Assembly: GCA_963724765.1 (NCBI GenBank)
Contig: CAVRVY010000003.1
Location: 1,280,001 to 1,344,000, forward strand
Source: an uncultured delta proteobacterium
GTDB taxonomy: Bacteria; Desulfobacterota; Binatia; Binatales; Binataceae
Reading direction: 5' to 3'
DNA length: 64,000 nucleotides
Positions 59,273 to 64,000 of this stretch are shown one piece after another (positions within the stretch are counted from its first letter, which is position 1; every line of letters begins with the position of its first letter). The position numbers and the translations under genes were made by a program. The notes under the pieces were generated by a model. That model ran no database searches. It was not told the DNA's origin and saw only the letters and a program-made list of their open reading frames with translations.

Positions 59273-60585
59273 GCTTTGTCAGCAAAGCTCCACTTCGCCT
59301 GCCAGAAGATCGAGCCGTCGCCGGGACGCGGTAGCATCCCCGTGCCCAGGAGGTCGGCTGGCACCACCTCGAGCGAGATGGCGTCGCGGATAATGTCGAG
59401 GTCGCGCGACGGATCGCCGAAGTCGCCGAAGTACAGGTCGAGCAGATAAGTTCCCGGCATCAGCGGCAGCCGCTCGAACGCGCAGGTCACCGTTCCGGTT
59501 GGCATTGGCTGATGGTCCACGCCCTCGTTCGTCCACCTGTTGCTGACGCCAAACAGTGGAATTCCCTCGGCGGTCTTCAAGGTGATTCCCAGGATGGGCC
59601 GGATGGGATGCGGCGCGCTGAAGTCGACCGTCGCCTGGAATGGCGCGCCCATCCGCACGACACCGGTCGGCCCATTGCCCTCAGAGAGCAAGCGCACCGC
59701 CGTCGCCATCGGTATCGAATCTCCGCGGCGGCCCTGATGTTCGACTAGCGAGCGGACGCCGCTGTGGCTGCTCACCTCGGCGGCCATGTAGCGCATCACG
59801 ATCTGCGCGGGTTCGCCCTTGGCTTCGAGACGACCGGAGGTAATCAGCACACAGGAATTGCACAGCGACTCGACCGAGGCCATGTTGTGGCTGACGAAGA
59901 TTATCGTGCGCCCGGCGCGTGCGACGTCGCCCATCTTGCCCAGGCACTTTTTCTGGAAAGCGGCGTCGCCCACCGCCAGCACTTCGTCGACCAGCAGGAT
60001 CTCGGGTTCGAGATGGGCGGCGACAGAGAAGCCCAGGCGCACGTGCATGCCGCTGGAGTAGTGCTTGACGGGAGTGTCGACGAACTTCTCGACTTCGGCG
60101 AAGGTCACGATCTCGTCGAACTTGCGCTGGATCTCGGCGCGCCGCATGCCGAGGATCGCGCCGCTCAGATAGATATTCTCGCGTCCGGTCAGCTCGAAAT
60201 GAAAGCCGGTGCCGACTTCGAGCAGACTGCCGATGCGCCCGTAAATCTCGGCCCGCCCGGAGGTCGGTTCAGTGATGCGCGAGAGCAGCTTGAGCAGGGT
60301 CGACTTGCCGGCGCCGTTGCGTCCGATAAGGCCGAGCACCTCGCCCGGCATCACATCGAAGTTTACGTCGCGCAGCGCCCAAACGTGGCGCTCGCCGTCG
60401 TGCTCACCGCCGTCGTGCGCCCGGCCGCCGAGCATCGCGCGCGCAATCCGCGCCGGCGCGGTGACCGAACGCACGATGCTCTCGCGCAGTGTGCGATAGG
60501 GCTCGACCCGCCCGATACGGTAGCGCTTGGAGAGGTTGCGAACGCGGATTATCGGCTGCATCGCATCGGTCTCGGCCAAAGTCAC
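59269..60585 (-). CDS. wzt: Polysaccharide ABC exporter ATPase with C-terminal carbohydrate-binding domain
   Basis: GRNGAGKST, YSSGM, DEVLAVGD, C-terminal extension. Confidence 0.92.
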   Translation of the reverse strand: MTLAETDAMQPIIRVRNLSKRYRIGRVEPYRTLRESIVRSVTAPARIARAMLGGRAHDGGEHDGERHVWALRDVNFDVMPGEVLGLIGRNGAGKSTLLKLLSRITEPTSGRAEIYGRIGSLLEVGTGFHFELTGRENIYLSGAILGMRRAEIQRKFDEIVTFAEVEKFVDTPVKHYSSGMHVRLGFSVAAHLEPEILLVDEVLAVGDAAFQKKCLGKMGDVARAGRTIIFVSHNMASVESLCNSCVLITSGRLEAKGEPAQIVMRYMAAEVSSHSGVRSLVEHQGRRGDSIPMATAVRLLSEGNGPTGVVRMGAPFQATVDFSAPHPIRPILGITLKTAEGIPLFGVSNRWTNEGVDHQPMPTGTVTCAFERLPLMPGTYLLDLYFGDFGDPSRDLDIIRDAISLEVVPADLLGTGMLPRPGDGSIFWQAKWSFADKA

Positions 60586-60595
60586 CCGGCCAACG

Positions 60596-61480
60596 TCAGA
60601 TGACGTCGGCGAAACTGCGCTCCATGTGCCGAAACGACCATACGGCGTAGGCCGCGCTCGCGAGCGTCAGGGCCGCGGCGACGGCGAGCGCGGGCCAGTC
60701 AAACGGCTTGTTCAAGACCGCTGAGCGAAAGGCGCCGATAATCCCGGTCAGCGGATTGAGCACCAGGACCCAGCGCCAGTCGGCCGGCACGAAGCTGGAC
60801 GGGTAAATCACCGGGGTCGCGAACATCCAGAGCTGGAGCATGAACGGCATAACGTATTTGATGTCGCGGTACTTGACGTTCATTCCTGCCATCCACATCC
60901 CGACCGATCCGGCGAAGATCGCGAGCAGCGCGACGAGCGCCGGGAACAGCGCAATCCACGCGCCGGGCGCGATCCCGTACCAGGCCATCATCGCGAACAG
61001 GATCACCGCGGCGATGGCGAAGTCGACCAGCGCGGCGCCCACGGCCGCGCCCGGGATTGCCATGCGCGGAAAATACACCTTGGTTATGAGCTGCGCGTTG
61101 CCGATCAGGCTGGCGCCGCTCTGGCTCACCGCACTCTGAAAAAACTGCCAAGGCACCAGCCCGGCGAAAGCGAAGATCGGATAGGGCAGGCCGTCGGAGG
61201 GCACATGGGCGAGCCTGCCGAACAGCACCGTGAAAACCACCATCATCAGCAGCGGTTGAAGCACCGCCCACAGCGCGCCGAGCGCAGTCTGCTTGTAGCG
61301 CAACTTGACGTCGCGCCAGGTCAGGAAGTAGAGCAGCTCGCGATGCGTCCACAGTTCGCTGAGCGCGTCCCACAGCGAGCCACGCCCAGCCTCGATGACA
61401 AAATGCGGTACGCGGGCCACCGGCTCGGCGGCAGGCGGTTCGTAAGCGGAGGCCTCGGTCTTGTGCGGTAGTGCTTCCAA
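60596..61480 (-). CDS. wzm: Polysaccharide ABC exporter permease
   Basis: RDVKLRYKQT.LG.LW..LQP, KVYFPR, TPVIYP, LNP. Confidence 0.92.
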   Translation of the reverse strand: MEALPHKTEASAYEPPAAEPVARVPHFVIEAGRGSLWDALSELWTHRELLYFLTWRDVKLRYKQTALGALWAVLQPLLMMVVFTVLFGRLAHVPSDGLPYPIFAFAGLVPWQFFQSAVSQSGASLIGNAQLITKVYFPRMAIPGAAVGAALVDFAIAAVILFAMMAWYGIAPGAWIALFPALVALLAIFAGSVGMWMAGMNVKYRDIKYVMPFMLQLWMFATPVIYPSSFVPADWRWVLVLNPLTGIIGAFRSAVLNKPFDWPALAVAAALTLASAAYAVWSFRHMERSFADVI

Positions 61481-61571
61481 GGATGCTCTCTAAAGTAGCC
61501 CGCTGCGCAGCCGATTGATCACACGCCGATCATGGCCGCCGCCCAGCGTATCGTACATGCCCTGTGGGCGC

Positions 61572-61868
61572 TCAGTGATTGGCCGTCTCGGACACTGCGT
61601 AGAGCAGGCCCACTTCGGACTCCAATGGCCGCGTGATGCAGTGGAAGCCAGCGTTGGCGAGTACGCGTTCGCAGCGTGCGAGCGCGTGATCGCCAAGGTA
61701 GTCGTGGTATTCGATAACCTCGTCGAGCGAGACTGCCGAGGCGGTGAATTCACCTGTCGCGTTGTGAGTACGGTCTTTATAAGCCGTGGTCTTCTTCAAT
61801 TGGACTATGGTGCTGATCAGCGTGCGCAGTGCACCGTATTTGGCGAGTCCCCATTGCGCAATAGTCAT
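61572..61868 (-). pseudogene. Probable internally deleted FkbM-type methyltransferase remnant
   Basis: Retains AVSLDEV and IEYHD..L...GF..GLLYA but lacks the DxGxxxG and KxDxEG motifs. Confidence 0.5.
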
Positions 61869-63097
61869 ATCGATGTGCTCCGTCCGGCTGCAAAACCGGA
61901 GCGGCGGCTGTCGCCGGCAGTGCTCAGTTGGTTACGCTGGCGCTCGATAGTGGCCACCATCTGCTCGGCCATCCTGCGCCAGGTGTGATCGCGCAACGCT
62001 GCCGAGAACGGACGAATTTTTTCACGCCACGCCTCCGCCGTATTGCGCCATCGAGCAAGCCGCGCAGCGAGGTCCGCGACATCTTCGGCGTCGGGGATGA
62101 TCAGGTCGGCGAGTTCGGCGGGATACTGTTCGGCGATCCCCGAGGCGCGGCTGACCAGCGCCGGCAGCCCGCAGCACAGCGCCTCCTGCACCGGACGGCC
62201 GTAGCCCTCGTAACGCGAGGGCAGCACCAGCGCATCGCATCCCCACAACACCCGTGCGATGAACGTATCGTCGCGGTCGAAGCCGAGAAAACGTATGCGC
62301 GAGGCTATTCCGGCGCTTGCCGCGCGCGCCTTCCAGGCCGTTAACTCGCCGCCCATTGCCGCCACCACCAGGTCCGCATCCCAGGCCGGTGCCGCGCAGA
62401 GCGTAGCCCAGGCGCGAAAGAGTATGTCGAAGCCCTTGCGAGTGTCGCCGAGCGCGCCGACGAAAGCGACCAGCGGCCGCCCCTGCGCCGCCTCGGCGAC
62501 GCCGCTGCCGATGCGAGCGCGGGCCGCGGTGCGTTCATCGGCGGTGGGCGGACGAAAGAGCGTAGAGTCGATGCCAAGATAGACGGCGTGGGCGCGTTCA
62601 GCCGGGAAGCCCAGCCGTTCGACGATGTCGTGCTTCACGCTTTCGGTGGTGGTGATCGCCAGCTTCGCGCGCGGTACGACCCTGCGTTCGGCAGCGAGGT
62701 CGACGCGGCGCTGCGCGCGATTCTTCAGCCGCCGTGCCCATCCCGCCGTGACCTGCGGGGTGAAGACCGCTTGCACGTGATGGACCCAGTTGATGTCGTT
62801 CCAATCGCAACAGGCGCCATTGACGATCACCCGGCCGTCGGCCGCTGCGAGCGCGCGCGCACAGCGCCGGCCGACCCGGTTCATCAGCGGCTGCGAGAGA
62901 AAATATGAGCCGCCCGGTTTGGGCACGCGATGGAAAATCACTCCGGGATGGCGCGCGAGGTCGTCAGCCACACGATAGCCAGCCAGGTGCGTTTCGAAGC
63001 CTTCGCCAGCGAGATAGCGCGCGAGTTCGTAATTGGGCTGGTTCATGCCGCCAGCCTTGACGAAGTCGCCGCTAACAATCAGATAGGGCGGCTTCAT
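61865..63097 (-). CDS. GT4 glycosyltransferase
   Basis: RKGFD, LPSRYEGYG..QEALCCG. Confidence 0.9.
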   Translation of the reverse strand: MKPPYLIVSGDFVKAGGMNQPNYELARYLAGEGFETHLAGYRVADDLARHPGVIFHRVPKPGGSYFLSQPLMNRVGRRCARALAAADGRVIVNGACCDWNDINWVHHVQAVFTPQVTAGWARRLKNRAQRRVDLAAERRVVPRAKLAITTTESVKHDIVERLGFPAERAHAVYLGIDSTLFRPPTADERTAARARIGSGVAEAAQGRPLVAFVGALGDTRKGFDILFRAWATLCAAPAWDADLVVAAMGGELTAWKARAASAGIASRIRFLGFDRDDTFIARVLWGCDALVLPSRYEGYGRPVQEALCCGLPALVSRASGIAEQYPAELADLIIPDAEDVADLAARLARWRNTAEAWREKIRPFSAALRDHTWRRMAEQMVATIERQRNQLSTAGDSRRSGFAAGRSTSI

Positions 63098-64000
63098 GAG
63101 AGTGCCGCCTCCGCCGGCCTCGGCACCGGCACCGGCAGGCGCAAGGTGTGATAGGCCGTGTTGAAAAGCATCGCGTTGAGGATCCAGAAATCCAGCCCGC
63201 CGCCGCCGATGAAGATACAACTGTCGAATGTCGCCGCCAGCACGCCGACGTCGTAGGCGAAAATCACCGCTGCCAGCGTGGCAAGCTCGACGGAGCGCTC
63301 GTTGAGCGCGATTTTATACGCGATCCGGAAGGCGAGCACGATAGCGAGCGTATAGAGCAAGAGCAACGCGATGCCGCCGTCGAAGAGCCATGCGGTCCAT
63401 TGAATTTCTGCCCATAGACCCGGATTTTTGGTGTTACCTTGGTCGCCGAAGTAGTAGAACATCATGCCCCAGCGGCCCGGGCCGGCGCCCAGCGGGTACT
63501 CAGGCAGGACCTCGTCGATGGTGTAAAGCAGGAACTGGCCGCGGTTTTTCTGATAAACCTCGCCAGGATTCTCGGCGGTCAGGCTGTTAACGCGGTCGGT
63601 GATGGCGGTGCCGCCCACGCCCACCGCCCAGACGAATCCGCCGACCGCCGCAAGCGCCATCAGGCCGGTCAAGTACGCAAGACGCCTGTTGCCAATCCTC
63701 CTGCCAAGCAGCGGATTCGAGACCCGGGCGGCACGCCAACTCATCAGGGTGACGAAGACCAGCATGCAGACCATTTCCATCACGAGCATCACGCGCACTT
63801 GCGAGAGGTAGATGGCCGCCATGCCCACAAGCATCGCGCCCGCCGACGCGATCTGTATCCATCGGCGCCGGTCGAGCAGGAAGAAGGAAGCCGCAAAAAG
63901 CACTGCGAAGAAGCCCGCCGCCGCAGCGCCGCCAGGCGTGTCGGTCAGGCCCATCGGGCGATAGACCGACACTCCATAGGCATTCTGGAAATGCTGCATC
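63094..64000 (-). CDS. O-antigen ligase/polymerase-like membrane protein (5' part outside the window)
   Basis: RPMG..PG, YLSQVR, PLGAGPG, multiple TM segments, within the glycan operon. Confidence 0.7.
   Translation of the reverse strand, partial: MQHFQNAYGVSVYRPMGLTDTPGGAAAAGFFAVLFAASFFLLDRRRWIQIASAGAMLVGMAAIYLSQVRVMLVMEMVCMLVFVTLMSWRAARVSNPLLGRRIGNRRLAYLTGLMALAAVGGFVWAVGVGGTAITDRVNSLTAENPGEVYQKNRGQFLLYTIDEVLPEYPLGAGPGRWGMMFYYFGDQGNTKNPGLWAEIQWTAWLFDGGIALLLLYTLAIVLAFRIAYKIALNERSVELATLAAVIFAYDVGVLAATFDSCIFIGGGGLDFWILNAMLFNTAYHTLRLPVPVPRPAEAALS

Noticed and set aside
1-64000. CRISPR array, rRNA genes, intact prophage
   Set aside because: I saw no regularly spaced repeats, rRNA-like sequence or phage structural genes by eye.

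Overview
GC-rich bacterial window. The gene content (acyl-CoA dehydrogenase, enoyl-CoA hydratase, P450/ferredoxin, SDRs, MetE-like enzyme) resembles Candidatus Binatota or related soil bacteria; this is inference only. 1-9.5 kb is an accessory region. It holds a DUF1254/DUF1214-type gene flanked by an exact 71-bp direct repeat and interrupted by a complete 2267-bp IS1595-family element (perfect 24-bp TIRs, 8-bp TSD). The IS carries small passenger ORFs and a structured non-coding segment, and an McrBC-like type IV restriction pair follows. 9.6-34.7 kb is mostly catabolic and housekeeping genes, with visible operators and a probable sigma54-driven small Cys/His-rich ORF. 34.7-43.7 kb (TetR-RND efflux, GNAT, AT-rich TPR gene with an in-frame TAG, integrase relic) ends at a tRNA-Sec with an atypical A73 discriminator and looks like a decayed island. 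44-49 kb has bluB, a DUF3047-like gene, a nitroreductase-like gene and a GH15. 49-64 kb is a minus-strand Wzm/Wzt polysaccharide operon with many GT4s, methyltransferases and two internally deleted gene remnants. Several single-base frameshifts may be sequencing errors. All calls come from reading the sequence and recalling families; no searches were run.
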